Of a DNA stretch of 55,667 bases, positions 35,032 to 43,104 are shown piece after piece. Position numbers and translations under genes: made by a program. Position 1 is the stretch's first letter; each line of letters begins with the position of its first letter. The notes beneath the pieces are model-generated. The model had not been told where the DNA came from. It did no database searches and saw only the letters and a list, made by a program, of their open reading frames with translations. The stretch lies in the UHGV virus genome UHGV-0228215. One strand, 5' to 3'. The DNA is from a virus.

Positions 35032-35232
35032 AAAACCGCAACTGGTTATGAGTAAAACCGCAACTGGTAATGGGTAAAACCGCAACTGGTAATGAGTAAA
35101 TCCGTTGCGGAACATGAGCAAACTCGTTGCGGAACATGAGTAAACTCGTTGCGGAACATGAGTAAATCCGTTGCGGAACATGGGTAAACTCGTTGCGGAA
35201 CATGGGTAAAACCGTTGCGGAACATGGTTTTA
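35032..35232. repeat. Tandem array 2: 9 x 22-bp repeats. 3 units AAAACCGCAACTGGTAATGAGT, then 6 units AAATCCGTTGCGGAACATGAGT
   Basis: Read directly. Unit starts in strict 22-bp phase at 35036, 35058 and 35080, then from 35102 to 35212. The two sub-arrays carry the same core in opposite orientation. Confidence 0.9.
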
Positions 35233-35305
35233 CCATTCGTCCGACCCGTCCGACTCGTCCGACTTGTCCGACAAGACAGCGTCCGAGGATATGACTTTCT
35301 CCTCT

Positions 35306-37072
35306 TCATCGTCTTCCACCTCCTGTGCCGTTATTTCTCGTGGTGGTCGTGCCGGCGCCTATCGTCGCTATCGGCTCCGTCTCGATATAGTACGCCACGG
35401 CGAGGTCTGGGTGGGGACGAAGTGCCTGGCTCAGCACCTCCGTCCAGCCCTTGGACGGCTCGTGGACGTAGAGCGTGAAGTGCCGCGCCCGTGTGTCGGG
35501 GTAGGCAAAGAGCGCCGGCATGTGGAAGCTCTCCCGCACAATGGGGGTCTCTCGCTGTACGTGGACCGTGCGCCCCTCCACCGCCAGCTCCACGTCCACT
35601 AAGAGCGTGGAGCCTGCTTCAAACGTCTCCTTTGCCTTGGAGCCGTTATAGGGTCTGTCGTCCCTGTCCCAGAGGAAGAGCCGAGCGAAGCCGGGGAAGA
35701 GCGTCGTATGCACGTCCGAGAGCCTCAGCCGACCATTCATCGACCGCACGCCCTTCGCCCCGTACCTGTGGTGGCTCAGCGCCCCCGAGGGCATCAGCTC
35801 CTGATACCGGATGTCCGTGTCGCGGTAGACTGTCGTCGCCCTACTTGGTATCACCATAAGCCCGTCCGTGGCACGGTAGTACTTCCCCGCCTTCACGTCA
35901 CGCCTGAGGTCGATCGAGTGGATGAGGTAAAATTGCGAGGCGTTGGTGATCCGCTCCTCCGTCCGCTCCTCCACCTTCGTCTTGTCCGAGATGTCGTTTC
36001 GGACAACGCTCTCCGACCGGTCGTAGTAGGTGACGTGGCGCGCACGCTTTCCTAAGCCCCAGCGGCTCATATTGATCGCCCCACGAAGAGTGACCGCTCC
36101 GCTCCGCATGTCTATCGGCTCGCTGGCAAAGAAGTCTATCGACGTGATGATGTCCCGCCACGGCTCCAGCGCCAAGAGATCAGGCAGTGCCACCTCCACG
36201 CTGTAGGAGCGGAGGGCAGGCGGGGCAAGGTAGACGCTTCCCTCGTCCGCCAGCCACGTCAGCACGGGGTGCATAAGTGGCGAGTAGAAGTCCCGGATGA
36301 AGTCCTGCGGCATGATGAGGAGCGGTGCGGAGGGGCGCATGATCCGCCCGTCAAAGAGACGGAAGGCATAGCGGATACTGACGGGATCGAAGAGACACGC
36401 CACCCCGTCTTTCGCCTGCTTCTCCTGCCGGAGCTTCCCGATCAGCCCCTCCCACGCCTCACGGATACGCGTCCAGACTTCGTCTTCCGTCATCGCATTG
36501 ATCTCGTCCTTCCCGCCGATCAGGACCGCCCCGGCGTCCTCCAGCTCCTTCTTCGTCGCTGTCTCAGGTGTGGCGAGCTTTACCTCCTCCTTTGTCTTCC
36601 CCGCTCTCATCTGTAGCTCCGGCAGGTCGGGGAAGGTGCCGAGAGCGTGATAGGCTCCATCCCTCCAGAGAGCGTAGTAGATATCCCGCTCGAAGACGAA
36701 GGAGAGGACGTTCCCCGTCTGCTCCACGCCGGTAAAAGCTCCGAGGGCTGAGGTGTCGCTGAGGACGAGCAGCTCACGGGGATTGCCCTTGGCGTGGCAC
36801 TCGTCGTCCGTCTCGTACCAGTCCACCGCGAGCCCTTTCGCCCGCTCCTGCACCACCAAGAGATGGCGGTACTCGCTCGTCTGGTGGAGGAAGACCGAGT
36901 GGAGCCGGTAGCCGTCCCGCACCCTCAGCCCGCTCTCCTCCACCTTGGCGATCTCGCACGGGGTGTAACCCCCGCCCGAGAGGGGGCGAAGGTTGTAGAG
37001 GATCATGGCGTCACCCTCGGTGTAATTGTCCGTGGTGGACATTCCCCTAAGCTCTGTGCGTCTCTTCTCCAT
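35306..37072 (-). CDS. Hypothetical head-associated protein downstream of portal (MuF-position candidate)
   Basis: 588-aa ORF directly after the portal gene. ATG at 37070-37072 verified. Confidence 0.3.
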   Translation of the reverse strand: MEKRRTELRGMSTTDNYTEGDAMILYNLRPLSGGGYTPCEIAKVEESGLRVRDGYRLHSVFLHQTSEYRHLLVVQERAKGLAVDWYETDDECHAKGNPRELLVLSDTSALGAFTGVEQTGNVLSFVFERDIYYALWRDGAYHALGTFPDLPELQMRAGKTKEEVKLATPETATKKELEDAGAVLIGGKDEINAMTEDEVWTRIREAWEGLIGKLRQEKQAKDGVACLFDPVSIRYAFRLFDGRIMRPSAPLLIMPQDFIRDFYSPLMHPVLTWLADEGSVYLAPPALRSYSVEVALPDLLALEPWRDIITSIDFFASEPIDMRSGAVTLRGAINMSRWGLGKRARHVTYYDRSESVVRNDISDKTKVEERTEERITNASQFYLIHSIDLRRDVKAGKYYRATDGLMVIPSRATTVYRDTDIRYQELMPSGALSHHRYGAKGVRSMNGRLRLSDVHTTLFPGFARLFLWDRDDRPYNGSKAKETFEAGSTLLVDVELAVEGRTVHVQRETPIVRESFHMPALFAYPDTRARHFTLYVHEPSKGWTEVLSQALRPHPDLAVAYYIETEPIATIGAGTTTTRNNGTGGGRR

Positions 37073-37078
37073 AGTCTC

Positions 37079-39118
37079 TTACTGTACTCTCGCGGGAAGC
37101 TCGCCGGGGGACTTCATCTGCTGCATCATCTCCCGCACCATGGCGGGGTTAAGCATATAGCCGTCTGTCGCCGCCTGCGCCTCGGCAGGGTCAGCGGGAG
37201 CCTGCCCGAGAGCCTGCTGTCCCTGCTGTGCCATCATCATCTGCTCCTGCTCTTTCTTGTTCAGGTAGTCTAAGAGCTTATCCTTGAAGGGGTAGTTGCC
37301 TACTTCGATCATCCCCCGTAGGTCGAGGAGGTTATTCGGGTCGTACTGCTTCAGCTGCATAAGCACTTCGTTTACCAGCATACGATAGGCGGGCGTGTCC
37401 GTCCCCTCGCTGATGGCGATCTCGACGTCCACATGCTTCACCCTGTCGGGGTTGTACTTGATCTTCTTCCCTGTCTCCTTGTCCCAGACGTAGCGGGGCT
37501 GGGTGTAAAACTGCTGCATCAGCTGGACGCACAGCTTGTCCCTTTTCCGCCTAAAGGAATTCATACTCTCGAAAAGCCCGTTCAGCGACACCGCAGAATT
37601 CTGCGACTGCTGAGCGTACATCGCTGCGGGGGTGCCGGCAAGGGGCTGGCGACCCTGAAGGGCTCCGAAGACACCCGACACCTGCTCCGTCATGGACATC
37701 GCCATCGTCACCACGTTTAGTGGCTGGAGGGCGTCCTGCATCGAGTTCATCAGCGTCGGCATCGTGTTACTTCCGTCACGTGCCGTCACGTAAGGGATCA
37801 CGGCGCTGAAGTCTGCGAAGTGCTCCTCGATGTACTTCAGATCGTACCCGTAATCCTCCGCAACACTGCTCATCGGGACGAAGAGGAGCGACTTGGCGGC
37901 ATACTTGGTCAGCAGGTCGCTCGTGGCGAAGAGCTTATTGATCAGCTTATTCGTGCTGATGAGGTCGGTCACGAAAGGGTGAACGTCACCGATGAAGAAC
38001 TCGTGCCACTCCCAGACGAAGGGCGGACGCTCGTGCCAGTAGGGATTGATCCCCATGTCCAGCACAAGGGCGTCAGGGGTCAGGTAGTAGTACCGCCAGA
38101 AGGTGTCGACGCCCCAGCGGTACTCAAGAAGAAGCATCTCGTCTTCCGGCACGCCCATCCCTGTCTGCTCCACGATCCGCCGCTCGTTCTCCGCCTGTAG
38201 ATCCTCCTCCGTGGTGTCGAAGACCGCATTGTAGGTTCCTTTGAGCCTGTCGTGTACCCAGAAGCATTCCGCCGTCTCCTTACGCCAAATCTCGTACAGA
38301 CGACACCGCCCGCTCTGAGCGTCCGACGGCGTGAAGAAGTCCCTATGGAGCCGTGTCCCCTCGCTTGTCATCTCATGGATCAGCTCATCCCGGTGGTCGC
38401 CCCCGCTGTACGCCCCGCGGATCTGACGGGCGCGCGTCTTGCTCCCCTTGGCGAAGAGGCGGACGATATCATCTACCGACAGATCGTAGAAGGCACCCAC
38501 GAGCGAGCAGTCGGTGTAGCGGGGATCACGGGCCGCACTGTCAGCGAAGAAGCTGTAGGGATCCACGTAGTCGATCACCACGTCCACGCTATTCTCCCGC
38601 GCCGCCCAGCCGCACCGAGTGACGGCAAGACCCGTCACCATCAGTTGCTTCAGCTCCGCTAAGTCCAGCTTATTGAGCTCATCCTTGTTGTAGATCGTCT
38701 TGAGCGTTGCAGTGAGTGCCTCGCTCTCCTGCTGGTGATCCTCAGCGTGCGCCACGCACACCGGCGTGGTCTTGACGCTCGACCAGACGCCCTCGATGGT
38801 TCGGAGGATGTTTCGCACAATGTTGTACTGAGAAGGATTAAGTCCCATCTGCCGGTACTGGTTCCGCTCCTTGATCCAGCAGCACCTCCGCTCGTCCCAG
38901 ATCAAGTCGGCGAACTGGTCGCCGAAGACAAACTCCTCGTTGCGGCTTATCTCGGCGCGCCACTTGTCCATGGCTCCCCAGGCGTTGTGAGCCGACATCA
39001 GCAGGTCCGAATCAGACGCAAAGTAGTCCCTCCGCGTCCGGCTCCGCTCCCCGCTGCGGTAGGGTGCCGGCTGCTTACCGTACCGCTTGGCGTATCTCTT
39101 GATTGTGCGTGCGTCCAT
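37079..39118 (-). CDS. Portal protein (start revised to internal ATG at 39116-39118; tool ORF extends to 39508)
   Basis: About 680 aa with a Gln-rich C-terminus and a LNGLFESMNSFRRKRDKL loop-like segment. The revised start removes the overlap with the plus-strand gene at 39236. Position relative to head genes supports the call. Confidence 0.55.
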   Translation of the reverse strand: MDARTIKRYAKRYGKQPAPYRSGERSRTRRDYFASDSDLLMSAHNAWGAMDKWRAEISRNEEFVFGDQFADLIWDERRCCWIKERNQYRQMGLNPSQYNIVRNILRTIEGVWSSVKTTPVCVAHAEDHQQESEALTATLKTIYNKDELNKLDLAELKQLMVTGLAVTRCGWAARENSVDVVIDYVDPYSFFADSAARDPRYTDCSLVGAFYDLSVDDIVRLFAKGSKTRARQIRGAYSGGDHRDELIHEMTSEGTRLHRDFFTPSDAQSGRCRLYEIWRKETAECFWVHDRLKGTYNAVFDTTEEDLQAENERRIVEQTGMGVPEDEMLLLEYRWGVDTFWRYYYLTPDALVLDMGINPYWHERPPFVWEWHEFFIGDVHPFVTDLISTNKLINKLFATSDLLTKYAAKSLLFVPMSSVAEDYGYDLKYIEEHFADFSAVIPYVTARDGSNTMPTLMNSMQDALQPLNVVTMAMSMTEQVSGVFGALQGRQPLAGTPAAMYAQQSQNSAVSLNGLFESMNSFRRKRDKLCVQLMQQFYTQPRYVWDKETGKKIKYNPDRVKHVDVEIAISEGTDTPAYRMLVNEVLMQLKQYDPNNLLDLRGMIEVGNYPFKDKLLDYLNKKEQEQMMMAQQGQQALGQAPADPAEAQAATDGYMLNPAMVREMMQQMKSPGELPARVQ

Positions 39119-39235
39119 AGTGATCGATCTAATTGCGCCAAATATCGGACGGGGAGGGATTAGTTTTTGCCCGCGACTGCCGACACCCTGCACTGGCGGG
39201 CAATTCTCCCAGTCGCAGGGGCTTACTTTTGCCCC

Positions 39236-39556
39236 ATGAGTGAGAAGAAGAAAGCATACCGACCGATAAGAGCGCGAGAGGAAGAGATCCCGAAAGGACC
39301 CATCCACTCGTCCAACATCGCCATTGCCGAGATGCGCCACGACCTGGCGACCATCATCCGAAACAATATCGGCAAGCTCGATGCTGACCTCGCCTCGCTG
39401 GAGCCGAAGGACCGCATTATGTGTGTCACTCGTCTGGCTGAGTATGTGCTCCCGAAACAAAAGGAGGTCGCCGCTCACGTGGACGGCGAGATCAGCCAGA
39501 ATATCCAAGCCTCACTCTCTAATCTCGATGATCTCTTTGGAACCAACAAGGATTGA
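39236..39556 (+). CDS. Hypothetical small protein (MSEKKKAYRPIRA...)
   Basis: ATG at 39236-39238 verified. First gene of a plus-strand island. Confidence 0.3.
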   Translation: MSEKKKAYRPIRAREEEIPKGPIHSSNIAIAEMRHDLATIIRNNIGKLDADLASLEPKDRIMCVTRLAEYVLPKQKEVAAHVDGEISQNIQASLSNLDDLFGTNKD

Positions 39557-39825
39557 TTGTAAGTTGGAATGATATAGACTAACTGTTTTGTGTTTACAAG
39601 ATTTCGGCGACCGGCAGCAGTGATGCTTCCGGTCGCTCCCATTTGTTAAAGTCCGAAACTCATCACACTTTTCCTTTGCCGTGTGGGAATAACTCCCTAC
39701 ATTTGTCTCGCTAAGACGTTAGCACCTCGCCTCCCTCGGGAGGCTGTGAATTTAGGCGAGCGAAAGCTCAGCGCTATATGCGCAATTGGTACCGCTTCGG
39801 CAGTACCTCAAAAAGATCGTTTAGG

Positions 39826-39866
39826 GATCCCCCCGCCATTGTTTTCCTTTGGCGGGGGTCTTTTTA
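39826..39866 (+). terminator. Rho-independent terminator (CCCCCGCC stem, GGCGGGGG, T-run)
   Basis: GC stem 39830-39837 / 39851-39858, followed by TCTTTTT. Confidence 0.6.
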
Positions 39867-39939
39867 TGCTCTAACTATTTGGAGTGTTAGAAAGAAATAG
39901 GTAATTTTGTTGGAGTAATAACAATGACATCACACAACC

Positions 39940-40173
39940 ATGAAGCTTACAAATGACTCTCTAAGGGAGGAAATCAGGAAAGAGATGGAGCGTCAATGTG
40001 TTACGCCCTATCAGCTCTCTAAAGAGCTTGGCATCTCTCAGCAGACCATCCACAATTATCTCAGCGGGATCACGGACGGGATTAACTCAGTGACACTGAC
40101 GGCTATGATGGCTCGGCTTAACTTCTCGGTTTTATCCCCCGAAGAGTTAAACTATATCAAATCCGCGATTTAA
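39940..40173 (+). CDS. XRE-family HTH transcriptional regulator (Cro/CI-like)
   Basis: VTPYQLSKELGISQQTIHNYLSG is a canonical XRE helix-turn-helix. Confidence 0.75.
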   Translation: MKLTNDSLREEIRKEMERQCVTPYQLSKELGISQQTIHNYLSGITDGINSVTLTAMMARLNFSVLSPEELNYIKSAI

Positions 40174-40284
40174 TACTCCATTTATTTGGAGTATTGCGAG
40201 ATTATGGCTACCTTTGGAGTACCAAAGAGATAAGAGGGGGCGCAACCCCTGTCTCAGCGGTGTAACCCTAAACGACTTTTTGCA

Positions 40285-41055
40285 ATGACTACCTACAACT
40301 ACAGCAGCTACACAAGAGAGATCGCCGAGACCGCAAACGCGGAGAAGAAGCGTAACGTGACCGAGAAGTATGTCTACACCGAGGACTACGAGGCGTACGG
40401 CGATGAGCCATTTCTCACCACAGACGACCAGGACTGTAGTCCTGACGTAAACGAGTGTGGCAATGAGGCAGACCAGATGTTTGCAGACGTGCTTTTCGGA
40501 GATTTTGACACCCGCAACGGTGAGGACTACTCCTCTTACCTCGAGCGGGTTTACTTCCCCGTGTGTGAGGGCTTCGGCGTAGAGCAGGACACCGATGTCT
40601 ACGACATCATCACCGTGGATGCGGACGGATACGTGGTGGCACACCACTACACCTTTGACGGGTTCCTCCCCAACTGCGACCTATATGACACACCCGAGGA
40701 GGCGACACACGAGAGCAGAGCGTGGGTTGATCGGATTGCTGACGAAAAGGGACTGACTGTGCAGCCAACCACCGCATGCAGTACCGGCTATCCGAAGGAT
40801 GAGCAGTTAGCCTTCGTAGGCTTTAAGGACTTTGAGCAGGCAGAGAAGTTTGCAGACTACTACGACTTAAAGCTCGTACACCTCGAGCTGAGAGATGGTC
40901 AGACCTTTGCCCATCGCTGCAGCGGGGTGCCAGTGGAGGCTTACGACCTCGAAGAGATAGAGCCTGACAGCTACGATCCTGAGACTGACAGCCGCCTCGC
41001 CATGCAGTACCACGACGATGTCACGACACACATCATCGGGGCATTAATCGACTAA
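40285..41055 (+). CDS. Highly acidic protein, candidate DNA-mimic / anti-restriction (Ocr/ArdA-like by composition only)
   Basis: 256 aa with a very high Asp/Glu fraction in runs (DDQDCSPDVNECGNEADQ, EEIEPDSYDPETD). Stand-alone gene followed by a strong terminator. Confidence 0.35.
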   Translation: MTTYNYSSYTREIAETANAEKKRNVTEKYVYTEDYEAYGDEPFLTTDDQDCSPDVNECGNEADQMFADVLFGDFDTRNGEDYSSYLERVYFPVCEGFGVEQDTDVYDIITVDADGYVVAHHYTFDGFLPNCDLYDTPEEATHESRAWVDRIADEKGLTVQPTTACSTGYPKDEQLAFVGFKDFEQAEKFADYYDLKLVHLELRDGQTFAHRCSGVPVEAYDLEEIEPDSYDPETDSRLAMQYHDDVTTHIIGALID

Positions 41056-41083
41056 CACACTTACACACACTCTATCCAAATAA

Positions 41084-41128
41084 GGCGGCAGGCGTCGGGC
41101 TTCTCAGCTCGGCGCCTGCCTAATTTAT
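41084..41128. terminator. Bidirectional terminator between convergent genes
   Basis: Stem GGCAGGCG (41087-41094) / CGCCTGCC (41113-41120), followed by TAATTTATT. Confidence 0.6.
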
Positions 41129-41156
41129 TCAAGCAAACAAGTAGTACGTGACCGTA

Positions 41157-42542
41157 CTATTCCGATAACTCCCCCTTAAGTGCTTCTACCAATCCCGACT
41201 GCACGTCACCTTTAGCCTTCAAGACCATTGCGACACGCTCATCAAGCGTCCCTCGAGCGATAAGCCTGTGGACGATGACGCTCTCTTTCTGCCCCTGTCG
41301 TGCGAGCCGTGCGTTAAATTGATCGTACTGCTCGAGATTCCACGTCACGCCAAACCACACGATCGTATGCCCTCCCTCCTGAAGGTTCAGTCCGTGACCA
41401 ACGGAAGCTGGATGACCAAGTAGTACCGGCACGTCACCTCTATTCCACGCCTCGATGGCTCCATCATCGGTGGCATCAAGAGGCGCATAGTCTTCCAGTG
41501 CCTCCATGATCCGCTCCTTGTCGTGCCGGTAGTTATAGGCTATCAGGATAGGAGAGACAGCCGTCTCCACGATCTCTTTGAGCCACTCGATCTTAGCGTT
41601 GTGGAGTAGCTCCCAGTCGTGATCGTCCGTGGTGTAGACCGCTCCATTAGCCGCCTGCAGGAGCTTACCCGAGAGTGTGGCAGCATTCGATGCAGTCACG
41701 ATGGCACCGTTAAGCTCAGCGACCGCCTCTTTCTTCAGCCGCCTATACTTACGCATCGCCGGCTCGGGAAGCTCCACATAGATATCATTTGTGACCATTG
41801 GTGGAAGCTCCAAGTAGTCGTCCGCCGTCATCGAGAGTGTGATGTCCGATACCCTTTGCTCAATGGCTCTCTTCGCGCCATCCCTCAGCCCCCATTTGTA
41901 CGTGATATGCCCGTGAGAGACGAGGGGGTAAAAGTACTTGCTCCTGTAGTGCGTGATGAAGTGTGTCAGCCGCTCCCCTCCGTCCACAAGTCGGAATTGC
42001 CCCCAAAGGTCCATATAGCCGTTTGAGGCAGGCGTACCGGTAAGCGCAACCACTCTGGTCGCACCGTCGCATATTGGGCGCATCGCCTTAGATCGCTTCG
42101 CCTTGCCGTTTTTGAAGAGGCTCGACTCGTCGAGGATGATCACGTCAAAGGGACAGCCGTTGGGATAGACCTGCCCAAAGAGCCAGCAGATATTCTCCAC
42201 GTTGATCGTATAGATATCTGCGCCCTGTCCCAGCGCTTTGTAGCGTTGCTTCTTCGTGCCGATCACCGGCACCACTCTAAGTGCTTGCAGGTGCTCCCAT
42301 TTCTTTACCTCCTCCGTCCACGTGTGTAGCGCAATGAGCTTCTTGGTTGCCACTAAGACCGACGCCACCTCTCCCCTTGCTATCAAGTCGGAGACTGCAG
42401 TCAGAGTGCTAACGGTCTTTCCGAGTCCCATGTCTAAGAAAAGTGCGCATCGCTCGTGCGACTTGATGAAGTCCACGGCACGCCTCTGATAGCCGTGGAG
42501 GTTATCTCTACTCAGCATTGCCAAAGAGTGCGTTAAGTCCAT
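41157..42542 (-). CDS. SNF2-family (DEAD-like) phage helicase
   Basis: GKT Walker A (MGLGKTVSTL), DESSLFKN box, TGTPASNGYMDLWGQF, and C-terminal helicase motif ARLARQGQKESVIVHRLIARGTLDE. Confidence 0.8.
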   Translation of the reverse strand: MDLTHSLAMLSRDNLHGYQRRAVDFIKSHERCALFLDMGLGKTVSTLTAVSDLIARGEVASVLVATKKLIALHTWTEEVKKWEHLQALRVVPVIGTKKQRYKALGQGADIYTINVENICWLFGQVYPNGCPFDVIILDESSLFKNGKAKRSKAMRPICDGATRVVALTGTPASNGYMDLWGQFRLVDGGERLTHFITHYRSKYFYPLVSHGHITYKWGLRDGAKRAIEQRVSDITLSMTADDYLELPPMVTNDIYVELPEPAMRKYRRLKKEAVAELNGAIVTASNAATLSGKLLQAANGAVYTTDDHDWELLHNAKIEWLKEIVETAVSPILIAYNYRHDKERIMEALEDYAPLDATDDGAIEAWNRGDVPVLLGHPASVGHGLNLQEGGHTIVWFGVTWNLEQYDQFNARLARQGQKESVIVHRLIARGTLDERVAMVLKAKGDVQSGLVEALKGELSE

Positions 42543-42846
42543 CCTCGCTATCGATCACCCTCACGTCGTGACCGATGGCTCTCAGCTGCATGATCACCAG
42601 TCTCTGCCGTGCGCTTGGTGTCCGTCCCTTGCTCTTCAGCTCCACCAGCACCGTACGCCCCTCAGGGAGCAGGCACAGCCTGTCTGGGAAGCCCGTCATC
42701 TGCTGAGAGTGCAGCTTATACGCCACGCCTCCTGCCTGCTCCGTTCGTCTTACCAGCTCCCTCTCCAGCCACTTTTCGCTCTCTCTATTCTCGTGAAACA
42801 TTTTACTCCTCATATCGTGTCTACAAAATGCACCTCTCAGTAACAT
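42508..42846 (-). CDS. VRR-NUC domain nuclease (likely start at internal ATG 42801 or 42813)
   Basis: EKWLERELVRRTEQAGGVAYKLHSQQMTGFPDRLCLLPEGRTVLVELKSKGRTPSARQRLVIMQLRAIGHDVRVI matches the VRR-NUC pattern (GxPD...E.K). Classic pairing with an SNF2 helicase. Confidence 0.7.
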   Translation of the reverse strand: MLLRGAFCRHDMRSKMFHENRESEKWLERELVRRTEQAGGVAYKLHSQQMTGFPDRLCLLPEGRTVLVELKSKGRTPSARQRLVIMQLRAIGHDVRVIDSEDGLNALFGNAE

Positions 42847-42849
42847 ATA

Positions 42850-43100
42850 TATACGTATTAGGCATATATAGCCTATACTGCCATTTCCCTATATCCCTAT
42901 ATATCATATGTTTGTATCTTTCTTATTATTATCTATAAGTTGTATAGTATAATGTAGACTAATAGTCTTATACTACTGTAGTTCAGTGGCTTTAGTTGTC
43001 TACAAAAGCGGTTACAATGAAAAGCTTCTTGTAGACACTTCTCGGCTGTCTACATTTTTGTAGACTTATTTTGTAGACAAGTTTGTAGACAAATTGTTTC
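42850..43100. promoter_or_regulatory. Putative origin of replication: AT-rich unwinding region plus 7 copies of the iteron TGTAGAC(A)
   Basis: AT-rich stretch 42850-42990. TGTAGAC or its complement GTCTACA found at about 42953, 43007, 43030, 43048, 43059, 43072 and 43084, the last three at 12-13 bp spacing. Directly 3' of the primase-helicase gene. Confidence 0.5.
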
Positions 43101-43104
43101 ACGC

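Noticed and set aside
35032-35232. Possibility that the 22-bp repeat arrays are CRISPR arrays
   Set aside because: Units are directly adjacent with no unique spacers. 22 bp is shorter than CRISPR repeats plus spacers. No cas genes present.
39118-39508. N-terminal 130 codons of the tool-predicted portal ORF
   Set aside because: This extension overlaps the plus-strand gene at 39236-39556 and non-coding structured DNA. The internal ATG at 39116-39118 (MDARTIKRYAKRYG...) gives a normal-sized portal and removes the overlap.
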